Shown here in pieces: positions 45,858 to 59,280 of a stretch of 64,000 nt of DNA. Under the pieces are notes generated by a model. The model was not told the origin of the DNA. It searched no databases and saw only the letters and a program-made list of their open reading frames with translations. Numbering within the stretch: the stretch's first letter is position 1; each line of letters starts with the position of its first letter. The stretch is from NCBI GenBank assembly GCA_025594325.1, contig JANHCV010000001.1:1054001-1118000 (forward strand). The letters run 5' to 3'. The position numbers and the translations under genes were made by a program. This DNA is from Blastocladiella emersonii ATCC 22665 (taxonomy: Eukaryota > Fungi > Blastocladiomycota).

Positions 45858-48800
45858 ATGGCCGCGCTTCCATCGCCCTCGCTCAAGCCCGCCGCGACCG
45901 CCGATCCCGCACCAGCCGTGGCGGCACCGCCGGTGCCGGTCCCAACGCCCATGTGCACTTCAACCCTCCTCATCGACGGCCTGACCTGCGCGTCGTGCGT
46001 GCGATCCCTCGAGACGGGCATGCTCACCGACGCCCGCGTCGCCGCGGCCACGGTCCACCTGGTCTCGGGCACCGCGATTGTCCGGCACGCCCGCACCATG
46101 GCCGCCGCCGACCTCGTCACGCTGGTCCAGGACGTCGGGTTCGACGCCGAGGTCCTGTCGACGGTGGCCGAGCGGCCGGTGGCTACATCGATCACCGCGG
46201 CCACCGCGGGCCACGGCGCATCCAAGGCCAAGAACCTCGAGGCCGCCACTGCTGACGGCCGCGACGTCGAGTTCCCGACGGCCATCCCGGCCCACTGGCT
46301 CGCTCATCTCCGGTCCAAGACCGCCGCGCCCGCCGGTGTCCGCAACAGCACGGCGACCATCGACTCGGACGCGTCGTCGCACGAGACGCGCGTCGACGTG
46401 CCCGCGGCCGCCGAGGACCCGCTGTCGCTGTTCCCGCCGACGCTGCTCCGCACGCTCGACTTTGACTGGACGCCGGCCACCGACGTGGTCGACGTGTGGG
46501 CTGACCTGGTCCGCGCGCTCGCCGCGGTTCCCGGCGTCACGCGTGTCCGGCAGCCGTCGTCGTGCGAGCTGGTCGTGGCCATCACCTTCCACCCGCTCGT
46601 CACGTCGGCGCGCGCCATTGCCGCCGCGTCCAAGTCGACGCTGGTCCCGGCCATCGACGCTGCGCAGGGCGGCCTCGCTGCACTCGCGCACCAGCACGCG
46701 CGCGCGCGGGAGCGCCACGCGCGGCACACGGCCAAGCTGCGTCTGCGGTTCGCCGTGGCCGCGGTCCTCGCGGTGCCCATGTTCGCTCTGGCCATGGTCA
46801 TCGACATGTTTTTGGGCATGGACCACCCGGTGACCATGTGGTGGGCGATGCCGCTGTTCGAGTCGCTCCCGCTCGTCTCGCGCAACGCCGCGGTCCAGTC
46901 GGTCCTCGCCACGGTCGCCGTCGCGGCGCTCGGGGTTCCGCTCGCGTGGCGCGCCGGCAAGTCGTGGCGCCGTACGGGTAAGCCGGACATGGACGTGCTG
47001 ATCGCGCTCGGCGTCGTTGTTGGCTACGTCGCGAGTATTGGGACCATGCTCGCGCGCGCGCTCGGGACCGCTGAGGACGCGCACGTTTTCTTCGAGACGC
47101 CCGTGTTCCTCCTCGCGTTCATGGCGCTTGGACGGTGGCTCGAGGCGACGGCGCGCGGCCGCGCGGCGAACGCGGTCGCGAACCTCGTGGCCATGCAGCC
47201 CGACGCTGTCACGCGCGCGGACGGCGGCCACTGGGATCCCATCAACGGCGAGCTCGTGGGGCCCGTCGAGGAGCGCGAGGTGCCTTCAGCCGAAGTTCTC
47301 GGTACGCCTTTTTTAACACGATATTCTCAGGAGACCATGGCTAACATTCTTCCCGCACGCAGTCGGCGACGTGATCAAGGTCGTCCCCGGTGCTCGCTTC
47401 GCGTGCGACGGTGTCGTTGCCGCTGGTTCTTCTCGTACGCTCTTTACCACCCCACTCACACACCACAGCTCAGCTCACTCACACCTCCTCGCTCGACCCC
47501 CGCAGTCGCCGACCTGTCCGCTATCACCGGCGAGCCGGTCCCCGTACGCATCGAGCCGCACACCAAGATCGCGTCCGGCGCACTGAACGCGGGCACGTCG
47601 CCCGTGTACGTGATCGCGACGGCGCCGGCGCACGCGTCGACGCTGGCCAAGATCGCGCAGCTCGTCGACGAGGCGCAAAACGCCGCCAAGACCGTGGGCG
47701 CGCAGCAGCTCGCCGACCGCGTCGCCAGCGTGTTTGTCCCGATCATCCTCGCGCTGTCGCTCGTCACGTTCGTCGCGTGGTGGGCGATCGTCCGCGCCGA
47801 CCCGATCATGGCGCTCCAGTACGCGATCGCGGTCCTCGTCGTCGCGTGCCCGTGTGCTATCGGCCTCGCGACCCCGACGGCCGTCATGGTCGGGACGGGC
47901 GTCGCGGCGAGTAATGGGTTGCTCGTCAAGGAGGCCGGCGTCACGTTCGAGGCGTGCGCGGGTGTCAAGTACCTCGTCGCTGACAAGACGGGCACGCTGA
48001 CCCTCGGGTACGCTGATCTCGCTGCTCGCGACGCGTTTACACCATGTTGACCTCAAACCCACGACGACAGGAAACCGACCGTGGTCAAGGACAAGCTGTA
48101 CCTCTCCTCAACAACCCATACCATCACGCCGCAGCAGCTGTGGCTCGCGGTGCGCGCCATTGAGGCCAACTCGTCGCACCCGCTCGCGCGCGCGCTGCAG
48201 GTGCACGCCGAGGCGCAGCTGACGCCCGACGCCATCACCGCGTCGGCCTCGACGCTCACGCTGTCCAACGTGCGCGAGGTCCCGGGCAAGGGCGTGTGCG
48301 CGACCGCGACCTTCGCCGACGCGGCCGCCGCGTGGACCCTGTGGATCGGCTCCCCGGCCTTCCTCGCCTCGGCCGCGCCCGCGAGCGCCGCGGCAATTCG
48401 CGCCGCCGCTGACAACGAGATGCAGGTCCTCGGTACGCTCGTCGGCGTCGCCGTGCAGCCCACCGGCTCGGCCGATGCGGTCCCGGCACTCGCATCGATG
48501 CACGCGCTCACTGACCCGATCCGCCCCGAGGCCCGCGCCGCCGTCGCCGCGCTCCGCGAGCGGCACGGGATCCGCGTCGTCCTGTGCACGGGCGACCACG
48601 CCGTCACCGCAGCCGCGGTCGCGCGCGAGCTCAAGATCGAGCACGTCGTCGCCGGCGCGTCGCCCGAGGACAAGCTGCGCGTGGTCCGCGCTCTGCAGCG
48701 CGGCGACGCGCCCGAGGTCGTGGCTGCGTCGTACGGCGCGGCGGCTGCCGTCGCTGCTGTGGCGTCCAAGTCCGAGGCCAGCAGTTCCAGCGACGAGGAG

Positions 48801-49265
48801 GGGTCGGGCTACGCTGCGGTTCCCATCGACGACAACACGGCGGCCGCGGCCGCTGACTCGACCGACTCCGCCAAGGTGCGCGTGGCCATGGTCGGCGACG
48901 GGATCAACGACTCGCCGGCGCTCGCGGCCGCGCACGTCGGCATCTCGCTGCTGCACGGCGCGACGGACGCGGCCGCGCACGCCGCGGCGGTGCTCCTGAC
49001 GACGCGCGTGTCGCCGCTCGCGCCGCTGCCGGGACTCGTCACGATCAGCCGCCGCGTGCGCAACCGCGTGCGCATGAACCTGTTCTGGGCGCTCATCTAC
49101 AACGCCGTCGGCGTGGTCTGGGCCAGCGGGATGCTCGGCACCGCGCCCGCGCCGTCGATCGCGGGACTCGCCATGGCGCTCTCCAGCGTCAGCGTGGTCC
49201 TCAGCTCGCTCGCACTGCGCTGGCAGGGCGTGCCGAAGGTCCCCGTCGAGGCGGTCGAAGAGTAA
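45858..49265 (+). CDS. P1B-1 (Cu+) transporting ATPase; 4 exons
   Basis: HMA GLTCASC, FFET, TGE, CPC, DKTGT, HPLA, TGD, GDGINDSPAL, YN and MxxSS motifs. Introns at 47302-47362, 47435-47505 and 48008-48070. Confidence 0.93.
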
Positions 49266-49439
49266 CTGCGCATGATATATACCCCCATTTTCACCAACTA
49301 CGACGCGACGACGCGACGGTCGTGATGTGGCCGTTGATACTGCTCACGTGAGGGAGTGCAGCCCACGCGGGGCGATCCAAACGCGCGCCGTCTGCTCTCC
49401 TCCTCCGCCCCTCCCTCTCACCCATTACCCCACCAAACC

Positions 49440-50196
49440 ATGAAAATTATCGGCCTCACCGGCGGCATTGCGACGGGCAAGTCGTCCGTGTCGCGGCACC
49501 TGCGCTCGCTGGGTCTGCCGGTCATCGACTGCGACGCGCTGGCGCGCGAGGTGGTCGAGCCGGGCACGCCGGCGCTGCGCTCGATTGCGGCCACGTTCGG
49601 GCCCGACGTCATCAACCCGTCGTCCGGGTGCCTCGACCGCGCCAAGCTCGGCGCCATCATCTTCGCCGACGCCGCCAAGCGCCGCCAGCTCAACGCCATC
49701 ACGCACCCGGCGATCCGCCGCGCGATCCTCGCCCGCGTCATCGAGTGCTGGCTGCGCGGCGAGCATATCGTGATCATCGACGCCCCGCTGCTGATCGAGA
49801 GCGGCCTGCACAAGTTTATGAGCGAGGTCGTCGTCGTCTACTGGTACTCCCTTCCCCGCGTCGCTTCTGTCGCCGCGAACGATCGCTCACAACCCCCGAA
49901 CGTGTAGCCCCGACGACATCCAGCTCAAGCGCCTGATGCTGCGCGACGGGCTCGACGAGGCCGCGGCGCGCGCGCGCATGGCGGCGCAGGCGCCCATGTC
50001 GGCCAAACTCAGCCTGGCGACGCGCGTGCTCGACAACTCCGGGTCGCTCGAGGAGCTGTTCCGCCAGGTCGACGAGCTCGTCCCACGCCTGTACCCGGCG
50101 TTCCTGCGCGTGTGGGCGTGGCGGCTGCTCCCGCCCGCCGCCGTGCTCGGCCTCGTGTACCTCGCGGCCGTCGCGATCTTGCCGAGGGTCTGGTGA
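49440..50196 (+). CDS. CAB5: Dephospho-CoA kinase (Cab5/DCAKD); 2 exons
   Basis: MKIIGLTGGIATGKSSVS, IDCD, LDRAKLGAIIF, ITHPAI and DAPLLIE motifs, with a C-terminal TM. Intron at 49844-49907. Confidence 0.93.
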
Positions 50197-50458
50197 GAGG
50201 TTGGAGGGATGAGGAACACACTATGTACAGATCATACACACGAGAGAGAGAGACGATTTTTATACACACGTCGGGTCTCGGGAGACACGTGGAGAAAACC
50301 AACGCGTCTCACACCCGTCTCCCCGCGCACAGCGCGCCCGCCGCGGAACGCCCTGCCCACTACACGGTCTGGATCGTATCGGTTAACCAAACACGCGACG
50401 AGTTCTCCTCCCCGCAGGGGACTCGGCGTTCCTGACGCGCCCCCGATCTGATCACGCA

Positions 50459-51439
50459 ATGAATAACCACGAAGCCCAGTCGCTCCTGTACCAGTCGAGC
50501 GCGGCGGCCACCACCGTCAACGAGGCCACCGCGGCCGGCACATCACCGCCGCCATCCGGCCGACGGTGGAGATGCGCGCTCCCGCCGCGCCCGCTGCTAC
50601 GCATGGCTGCGCCGCTGCTGGCGTTCCACGGGGTCGCGGTAGCCGCGACGGCGGCCGTGTGGGTGGCGTGGGTGCGGTGCACGGCCATGCTCGACTACGT
50701 ATCAGCGGCGTCGGGGATCCCCGTCGACGGCGAGGTGCAGCACCTGATGAAGACGTGGTGGGCGTTCACGGCGCTCGGGACCGTCACGGAACTCGTCGAC
50801 CTGTTCCTCCACTACCGCGAGCTGCGGCTCATCGTCGCGCTGCCGCGCACCGAGGACCTGACCGTGATCCCCGTGGCCGCCGTCGCCACGCACCTGCGCC
50901 TGCTCGGCAAGTGTCTCGCGCGCTGCCTGTTCATGGTCGCGACGCTCGGCCTGCGCGAGCTGTTCACGCTCGGCGTCATGCTGCAGTTCCTGAGCCTGGC
51001 CCCGCTCTCGACGCGCATCGTCGCCGCGGAACCCGGCCCGACCCCGTTCCCGCTCCCGCTCCCCGCCGCCAGCCTGCCGCAGGTCCCCATCGCCATCGCC
51101 ATCACCATGTACGGCTGGGTCGCCGGGCTCAAGGTCGCTGCGCTGCTCGAGCTCCCGACCGTGTTCGCCGAGCTCGACCGCGTCCAGGCCATCTTCACCT
51201 TCGCCACGCTCCGCCAGACCGCGACGCTGACCCGCGCAGAGTACGGCGCCGACGTCAACTCGCCGCTCCTGCACGTCGCCGCGCGCGAGTACCCCGCGGG
51301 CAGCGAGTCGTCTATCGCGTCCTCGTCAAAAGAGTCCAACGCGGTCGTGGCACGCGGTCGTCGACGCAGTGTCCCCGTGGCGCCGGTCGAGCGGGACGGC
51401 GCTCGACGGCGGCGGCGGCGGCGGCGGCGGTGCAAGTGA
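50459..51439 (+). CDS. Hypothetical multi-pass membrane protein
   Basis: 326-aa ORF with biased codons and about 5 hydrophobic segments. No family recognised. Confidence 0.6.
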   Translation: MNNHEAQSLLYQSSAAATTVNEATAAGTSPPPSGRRWRCALPPRPLLRMAAPLLAFHGVAVAATAAVWVAWVRCTAMLDYVSAASGIPVDGEVQHLMKTWWAFTALGTVTELVDLFLHYRELRLIVALPRTEDLTVIPVAAVATHLRLLGKCLARCLFMVATLGLRELFTLGVMLQFLSLAPLSTRIVAAEPGPTPFPLPLPAASLPQVPIAIAITMYGWVAGLKVAALLELPTVFAELDRVQAIFTFATLRQTATLTRAEYGADVNSPLLHVAAREYPAGSESSIASSSKESNAVVARGRRRSVPVAPVERDGARRRRRRRRRCK

Positions 51440-51872
51440 GGGCGGAGACCCGCCGCCGCTGCCAACAAGGCAAGATGCGCGCGACGGGCCGTGTACGTGG
51501 CGACGCTCGTGATGACGGTCGAGTCAAGACTGACCCGCGAGAGCGCGTGCGTGTGTAGACCTCGAGCTCATCGACCGTCCCTGACACAGGCGGGCAAGCA
51601 AGCAAGATTCAACGTGTTTTGGCGAAATGGATCCCGACAAGGTATCATCATCAAAGACTGCGGTCGTGTGGCGAGGGCGAGGGCGGGGTGCGCGTGTATG
51701 GAAAGGGGAGGATCGGTGGCGGCGTAGTACAGTCCGCGCTGACAAGCGCGAGGCGTGTGCGCACGCGACAGAGGCAGGGAAAAGAAGGGGTTAGGTCGAT
51801 ATGGGGGCTGTAAGCGGACGGAGGAAGAGGAGGGGAAGAGCAAGTGAAGCGAGAACGAGAGCGACAGGGGTG

Positions 51873-53623
51873 CTACCGAGGCACGGCCGTCGAGACAAAC
51901 TCGGCGATGCTGTGGAAGGCCGGTGGCGGGAGCTCGGCCACGTCGAAGACGAGCGCGTTGGCTGTTCACGAGTGTGAGTTAGCAGTAGTCAACGAGGTCA
52001 AGTCCCACAAGGCGTACCCGACGGATCAAACTGCACGACGCCGCCCTCGAGCGCGAGGATCCCCTGTGCGTACAGCGCGCGCGCGAGGTCGAGCACCTGC
52101 ATCGGCTCGAGCGCCTGTACGCGCGACAGGAGCTGCTCGCGCTGGTCGAGCGTGATATTGCCACTGGCCGCTGCTGGCGGCGGCGGCGCTGCGTGTGTCC
52201 GAGCGAGCGGCGACGGCGCGGTGCGGGAGCTGCCGGACCGCAGCCGGTCCTCGGGCGGCGACAGCGACTTGGTCGACAACGCAGCCGAGGCCGAGGCCGA
52301 CTGCGACGGGTACGACTGCGCGTTCATGGCGGCGGCCGTCGACGTCGGCTTGGCGGGCGCGTGCCCCGACGACGGCGCGTTGGACGTCGCCGTCATGGGC
52401 TTGCGCGGGACCGCGGGCCGCTTCGCGTTGTCCGAGCTCGCGGCGCCCGACAGGGAGGTGACGCGGCCGCGCGGAGCGGCGCCGGCGCCGGCGCCGCCGC
52501 GGCTTGATCCCACGTCGTCGATGCGCTGGCGCTTGGCGCTCGCGGGCGGCGGGGAGGTCGGCGAGCCCGCGAGGCCCGACCCGCTGCGGCTACCGCGGTT
52601 GGCGTTGCCGCCGGTGGCGTCGCGCGCGGAGGCACCGGGCGGCTGCTTGCGCTTGGCCGAGGGTGCGGAAGCCGCCGACCCCGCGGTGCCGGCGATCAGA
52701 TCGAGCACGTTGTCGCGCGGGCGCGGCGGGACTGACGACGAGCTCTGGTTGCGCGAGGACGACGAGGAAGACGAAGGGGGCACGCGTGAGGACGGGGACG
52801 ACTGCGCGGCCGCCGCAGCCCCCGTGCGGCGCACCACGTGCGGTCGGCTGGCGGCGAGCGGAGCGAGCGGCGGGGCAGCCGCCGCGGCGCTGTTGTTGGT
52901 GGTGCGCTTGACGGGCGGGCGCGAGCCGGGCGGCGGGACGGTCGGGAGGGCGGGGAGCGACGCGGTCCCACGGCGAGCCGCGGCCGCCGACTCGGAGGTG
53001 CCGCGCGAGGGCGGGGCAGCGGATTCCCGCAGGGCGGTCGAGGCGGGCGAGTCCGAGGGCGAGGTGCCGGCCGAGGATGACGAGAGCGAGGAGGAGGACA
53101 CGGAGCCCGACACGGTGCCTGCGGCTGCGGACGAGAGCGCGGGCGGGCCCGCGGCCAAGACGGAAGAGGTGGGCAGGGTAAAGTATCGCTGGCGGATCTC
53201 GGGGGAGACGTCGCGGAACAGGAGGGCGCGGACGTGGGAGGAGGTTGGCTCGAAGGTGAGCGGGAACTTGAAGTCGATGGGGCGGTGGAAGTTGTCGACA
53301 AAGTGGAAGGTCAGGGCAATCTCGTAGGTGCCGTAGGCGCGCTCCTCGAAGGAGAAGTCGGGCGGCAGCAGCGTGCGCTCGCGGTCCGGGTACGAGTCGT
53401 GCAGCGTGGCCACGACGCGCGCGCAGTACACGGGCAGGAGGCCGTCGTCGAACGTGTTGTTGGGCGACCGCGCCGACGTGATGGACACGGTGAACCGGTG
53501 CCACGCCATCGACTCGCCGTTCTCCACGTGTATCTCGCCCGTCGGGTGCGCCGTCACGTTCACCGCCACGAAGAACCGCTTCTGCGCCTTCTTGGACATG
53601 ACCGACGACGACGACGAGGACAT
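51873..53623 (-). CDS. YEATS-domain protein with C-terminal ET-like domain (Taf14/Sas5/AF9-like); 2 exons
   Basis: WHRFTV..LHDSYPDRERTLLPPDFSFEERAYGTYEIALTFHF (YEATS domain). A 3' intron beginning GTACGC near 52017 adds ANALVFDVAELPPPAFHSIAEFV (ET-like). Confidence 0.8.
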
Positions 53624-54202
53624 GGTGGTGGCGGCGGTGGCGGCGGGCAGGGCGTCACTTGGCGTGTGGCGGGGACTCGATGACAATGCAGCAAGAAAGG
53701 AAATACTAGATGCGTAAGGTGCGCGCGTCGTCGTGATACGCGGCGTGTATTGAGCGTTCACGGGGAGCGAGCGTCCGCGGGAGAGAGAGCGCCTCCGGCC
53801 GGTCGCGTCGGCGCCACTACACCGCCGCCCGCTGACCGCTGCCCCGTGAGACTGCGCGCCCGCATCCCCGCGCCACCATCACTGTGCACAGCGGTCAGTG
53901 AGACCGCGATCGCCCTAGAAGGCGACGGACTTGGTCTCGGCCAGGACGCCGCGTCGCCACGTCGTCTTGGCCATCATCCCCATTGCGCTCGCGGTGGCTC
54001 AGTCGGCGGCGGCGGCCGTGGACCCTCCACCCCCGCGTCATCCAGGCCGGCCGCTGTGACGTGCCGCGCCGCGGGCCATCTAGTCCAGCGCGTTGTTGCC
54101 CGTTGACTCGATCCGGCCGTGGTCCGGCCGCCATCGGAGAGCCCGCGGTCCCAGCTGCACGGCGTCGCCGTGAAACACGCACGTCGAAGCCGATCCGCTA
54201 CC

Positions 54203-54961
54203 ATGTCACTCCATGCAACGAGCTCGGCGTGGGCGTCGCTGACGTCGGCGCACTTTACCCTGTCGCACCTCGTGGCCGCCGCCGTGGTATCGGGCGGCAT
54301 CACCGCGTGGGCCACGGCGCGCCTGTGCCGGACCACTGCCGCCGCTGCTCCTGCTGCCGAGCCGGCGACCAAGGAGGTTGCGGCGCTGCCGGTGACTGAG
54401 AAGGCCGAGACCAAGGCGGCCGAGGTGCCCGCGGCGGCCACGTCGTCGTCGTCCGAGTGGGAGTCGGGGTCGTCGGACGACGAGGACTCGGATCTCGAGG
54501 TGCGTGCGCTCGCTCGTACCAAAGGCAACCGCGAGACTCACCACGCGAGCGCATAGATCGTGCCCCTCGCGCCGGGCGCCCAGCCGGCCATCGACGCGCG
54601 CAAGTACTCGGACTTCAAGATGGTGCTGGTGATCCGGACCGACCTGGCCATGACCAAGGGCAAGGTGGCGGCGCAGTGCTGCCACGCGTGCCTGGCCGCC
54701 TACACCGAGTGCGTGGCCATCAACCCGGCCATGGCCGACCGGTGGAAGCGGTACGGGCAGGCCAAGATCACCCTCAAGTGCAACGACGAGAACGAGATGC
54801 TCGAGCTGCAGGCCATTGCCCGGTCGCTGTCGCTGCCCGCGCAGTCGATCCGCGACGCTGGCCGCACCCAGATCGCCGCCGGGTCGCGCACCGTGCTCGC
54901 CATCGGGCCCGGCCCCGTCGAGCTCGTCAACCAAGTCACCCAGCACCTCAAGCTGTACTGA
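54203..54961 (+). CDS. PTH2: Peptidyl-tRNA hydrolase 2; 2 exons
   Basis: N-terminal TM, then KMVLVIRTDLAMTKGKVAAQCCHA, GQAKITLK, IRDAGRTQIAAGSRTVLAIGPGP and VTQHLKLY. Intron at 54500-54556. Confidence 0.95.
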
Positions 54962-55032
54962 TTTTGATCGGGATGGAATGAAAACGATTGTCATGTTCAC
55001 ACAGCTGAGAGCGCCTGCCTTCTTACTTGCGG

Positions 55033-55836
55033 TCAACAAAAGCCTTGACCTTGGACAGCCAGCGCACGTACTCGGCCTGCTCCTTGTACTCGACGTAGGC
55101 GGGGATGAACTCGGCGAGCTCGGCGTTGACGCCGCGGGCGTCGAGGTAGGCGTAGAAGGCCTCGGACAGCTGGTCGTCGAGCTCGTCGAAGATGGGGCCG
55201 ACGTAGGTGCCGCGGCGCTTGTAGTCGGCCTCGGCCGAGTCGAGCGTGGCCAGCACTGAGTCGTCGTTGTAGGTCACGTTGGTGATCTGGAACGCGCCGC
55301 CGTCGGCAATCGCCTGGAACGACACGGCGCCGGCGTCGGCGGCCGCCTTCTTGGCCACGGTGATGACGACCGACACGGGGAAGGCCACCTCCTCGGAGCC
55401 CTCGATGGGCTCGACGTTGGCCACGTCGTCGATGGAGAAGGTCAGCGTAATCTTCTCGTTGGCAAACTCGCGCGACAGCACCACCTCGTTCTCGCCGGGG
55501 CGGTCGAGGATCGTGAACGTCTTCTTGGCGTTGAAGTTGGCCAGGAACGTGGGCACGGCCGTCTCGGCGTTCTCCTGCTCGTACGACAGCTCCTGGGCGA
55601 GGATCTTGACGAGGTCGGCGTCGCCTGATTGGACGGGAGATGGATGGGTCAGCAAGCGGTGCGCGAGGGCCACATTGTAACGATGAGAACGCACCGATGG
55701 CGTTACGGCGGACCGACGACACGGCAAAGGTGCGGGCGGCGGCCTGGACCATGGTCGGGCGGGCCACGGCGGCAGCGCGGGGCACGGCGGCGCGGACGGC
55801 CGACGAGGCGGTGCGGAGGACGGCGCGCGAGAGCAT
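55033..55836 (-). CDS. MAM33: Mitochondrial acidic matrix protein Mam33/C1QBP; 2 exons
   Basis: Presequence MLSRAVLR, ELSYEQE, YVGPIFDELDDQLSEAFYAYLDARGVNAEL and KEQAEYVRWL. Confidence 0.92.
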   Translation of the reverse strand: MLSRAVLRTASSAVRAAVPRAAAVARPTMVQAAARTFAVSSVRRNAIGAFSSLQCGPRAPLADPSISRPIRRRRPRQDPRPGAVVRAGERRDGRAHVPGQLQRQEDVHDPRPPRRERGGAVARVCQREDYADLLHRRRGQRRAHRGLRGGGLPRVGRHHRGQEGGRRRRRRVVPGDCRRRRVPDHQRDLQRRLSAGHARLGRGRLQAPRHLRRPHLRRARRPAVRGLLRLPRRPRRQRRARRVHPRLRRVQGAGRVRALAVQGQGFC

Positions 55837-56464
55837 GGTGTTGATGCGTAGCTTACGAGGCGATCTACGAGGGGAGAGAGGAAGCGCGAGGAAAGCTGAC
55901 CACAACACGAAGCATCGGCCGTCGCGAGCGAAGTCGGCCGAAGCGCAGCGTCACGTGCGTCAACACGGCCTGAAACGCGCGCGGGAACGCGACGCATCGT
56001 GACGCAAGTTCACTGCGTTGCGCAGCCCACCGATGGCACGTTCGCACGCCGCCGACGCCCACGGGCGAGCAGAGCAACCGCAACGCAATCCAACAGGGCA
56101 ACCCTGGTCGCCTGAGACACGGGCGCGCGCGGGAGCGGGGAGGGGAGGGCGGCTCCCCGGGCAGGACCGCGACGGGTTCGGATCGCGCGCCGTGTCTCTC
56201 TGATCACACCACCGCCCGCTTCCCACCTCCCGCTTCGAGAATCTGGGCGCCTTCCTCCCCGCCGGCCCGCTCCGCCCGCGCTCCCGCCCGCGCTCCCGCC
56301 CGCCGACCCATCAGCGACCTCATCATCGCCGCACCTCGGCGCGCGCCCGCGCTCGCGCCCGTATCGCTATCGCCACCCCCCGCACGCACCTCGCGCATCA
56401 CCCTCGCCATCACGGCGCACACCACCCTCATCCTCGACCCCACACGCACCTACGCACCCGCGCC

Positions 56465-59280
56465 ATGACGCAGCTCACGCGGCGCATCAGCCACCGCGCG
56501 CGCAAGACCGCGTCGGCCATACGGTCGCGCGTCCACTCGTGGCGCAGCGCGTCGTCGTCGGCCGGCAGCGCCGTCAGCAGCCCGACGCTCGGCCGCGACG
56601 AGCTCTCGTCCACGGCCAGCACCGCCGATACCGCCGCCGAGGCCGCCTCGCTCCCGCCCACGGTGCCGCGGCCCACGGGCTGGCTGCGCCGTAACCAGGG
56701 CGTCACGGCGACCTGGCCGCAGTCGGCGCCTGCCGATTCCGCGACCACCACTACTGCGGCCGACGCGTCCTCGCCCCCATCCCCGCTGTCACCGCAGCCC
56801 GTGCCCGCGACCACCGCCGACCCGATCCCGGCATGGCGCCGAGACCAGGAGCTCGACTGGCCCGCCCCGTCTCAACCACATCTCCCCGATCATCGCGTCG
56901 AGTCTACATCCGTGCCCGAACCCGCCGCGATCCCGCTGCCGCCGTCGCCCACTACGGATGCGGTCGCCACCGCGGTGGCGGGGCCGTCCGCGATCCACGA
57001 CCCGCGGCTGCGATCGACGAGCCTGCTGCGCAACGGCACCGTGTCGTCGACCAACGCCGTGCGCGCACCTTCACCCTCACTCGATGCCGCCACCACGTCG
57101 GCCGCGGCCTCGGCGTCGTCTAGCATCGACCCGGCCACCGCCTTCCCGTCGTTTTCGTGCGAGGTCAGCTCGACGGGCGGCTACTCGCGCGCCACGTCCG
57201 TCGACCACCACTACATGCCCTCCCGCACCCTGCCGCCGTCGGCCTCGGCGGGCCCCGTGTCGCCGTTCGTGCTCGGCGAGGCGTCCGCCGCCGCCGACAC
57301 GTCCATGCCGTCGCTGCCGTCCATTGTCGCCGTGCACTCGCTCGACCAGTGGCTCTCGTCGCCCTCGCTTATCCCCGCCGGCATCACGCTCGGCCTGCCC
57401 TCGACCCTCTCCTTCGACGCGTCCGACGACAACGCCGACACGTCGCACCACGCCGAGGCCATTTCCCTCGTCACCATTGTCCCGCCCGCCCACGGCGCGG
57501 ATACCGATGAGGACACGCGCGCTCGGGATCACGACGACGACGCGCAGGAGCTCAACTTTTTCCTGTCCTCGACGCCGTCGTCGCCCATGATCCACCCGGG
57601 CCTCGCCGCCGCCGCCGCCACCGGCTCGCTCTCGGGCACCAACTCCATTCCGCGCTTGCCCACGGGCCCGCTCGGCCACGTCTCGGTCCCGTCGCGCCCG
57701 CAGTCGCCGCGCTACTCGACGGCGCCCACTACGCCCACCTGGAGCACGCCCGCGCGCACGCTGCTGCGCGACCCGCCCACCGCGCCCCAGGTCCCGACGC
57801 TCGTCGAGGGCGACGGCCGGTTCGACGATGGGCTCGTGCCCGCCCTCGAAACCGCCTCGCTCGCGTCCTACTCGCGCGACCGAGCATGGAACGCGACACC
57901 GGGGCCCGAGGCGAGTACGGGTCGTGCCGAGGCCGCGCAGCCGCGCCAGCAGACGGCCGCGCAAGGTCCGCGCGACGACTCGGGGCTCTCGTCGTCGTGG
58001 ATCGGCCCGGCGGGTGCATCGGCGGCCCCGGGCGCGAGTTCCGGCTCGCCCTCGGGCGGCGGCAGCAGCGACGACGGGTCGCCCGCGAGCTCGCTGACGG
58101 GCGCGACCACCATCCGCGCGCCGCGGTCCACGACAGGCTCCACCACCACGGCCGCCGGCGCGGTCCCGCCCGACCCGCCGTCCCCACGCTCGTCCTCGTC
58201 GACGTACCAGACCGTCTTCTCGCACGTGAACGCGCACTCGCCGGGCCCGATCCACACGGCGCACCGGGCGCAGATCGACGCGCTGACCACGTACTACGAG
58301 TCGCGGCTCGCCGACACGGCGCACGCGTACCACGCCGAGCTCGCGCACCTGCGGCGCGAGCGCGACCGGCTCGCCGCCGACCTCGCGCGCGCCACGGACC
58401 GCGCGGCCAACCGCAAGCAGGTCAGCTTCCACGCGCCCGACCTCCTCGACCGCCTCGAGGCCGCCAACCGCCAGATCGAGGACCTCCAGGCCGCACTCGC
58501 CCGCGCCCACGCCGAGACGCGCGAGCTGCGCGAGTTCCGCGAGATGCGCAAGCGCGTGGCTGTCGGACCCCCGCCGCCGCTGCCCCGCGTGCACCCCGAG
58601 GTTGCCGAGATCGTCGCGGGCGCGCTCGCGGGGCTCGACGCGTCGGTCCGCGACCTCTCGAGCACCGTGGCCCACCACCTCGCCCTCGTCGAGCACGAGG
58701 ACGCCCAGGTCGAGACGTGGGGACCGCAGCACGTCTTCGAGGGCCGCCACGCCGCCGCCCGCAGTGTGCCCGGGCGCGCCGAGCGGCTCGCGGTCGCCAC
58801 GCAGCGGGTCACCAAGGACATGGCGCGGATCCTCGAGGGTACGGCCCCTGTGCTTCTCCCTTCCGGTAGCTCGATCCCGCGACTGACGATGTCCATGTAG
58901 GCGCTGCAACGGTCGCGGAATGGACCGCGCGGCTCGAAGGCGACGGCCGCCGCCGTCCGATGCTCGGAGGTGCGCCAGCCGACCTCGCCGTGGTGCAGCA
59001 CGTCATGGCCGCGGCGCGCGCCCTCGCCAAGTACCTGCCGACCTCCTCCACGTCGTCCTCCGACGCGTCATCCGTCCTCGCCACGCCGCCCAACAGCCCG
59101 CTCCGCCCGCCCGAGTGGGCCCTGCACGCCGACGCGCTCCGGCGTGACCCCCTCCTGCCGCCGCCCGCATCGGCCGCGCTCGAGTCGGCGCTTACGGGCG
59201 CGCTCGTCCAGCTCGACGGGTGGGCGCGGCTCGTTGCGCGGCACGCGCACCGCGAGTGGGACGGTGTCGTCCGCGCGTGA
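56465..59280 (+). CDS. Large hypothetical Ser/Pro/Ala-rich protein with C-terminal coiled coil; 2 exons
   Basis: An 811-aa ORF plus an intron ending at 58900 (GTACGG..CTGAC..ATGTAG) continues in frame into ORF 58960..59280. Confidence 0.65.
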
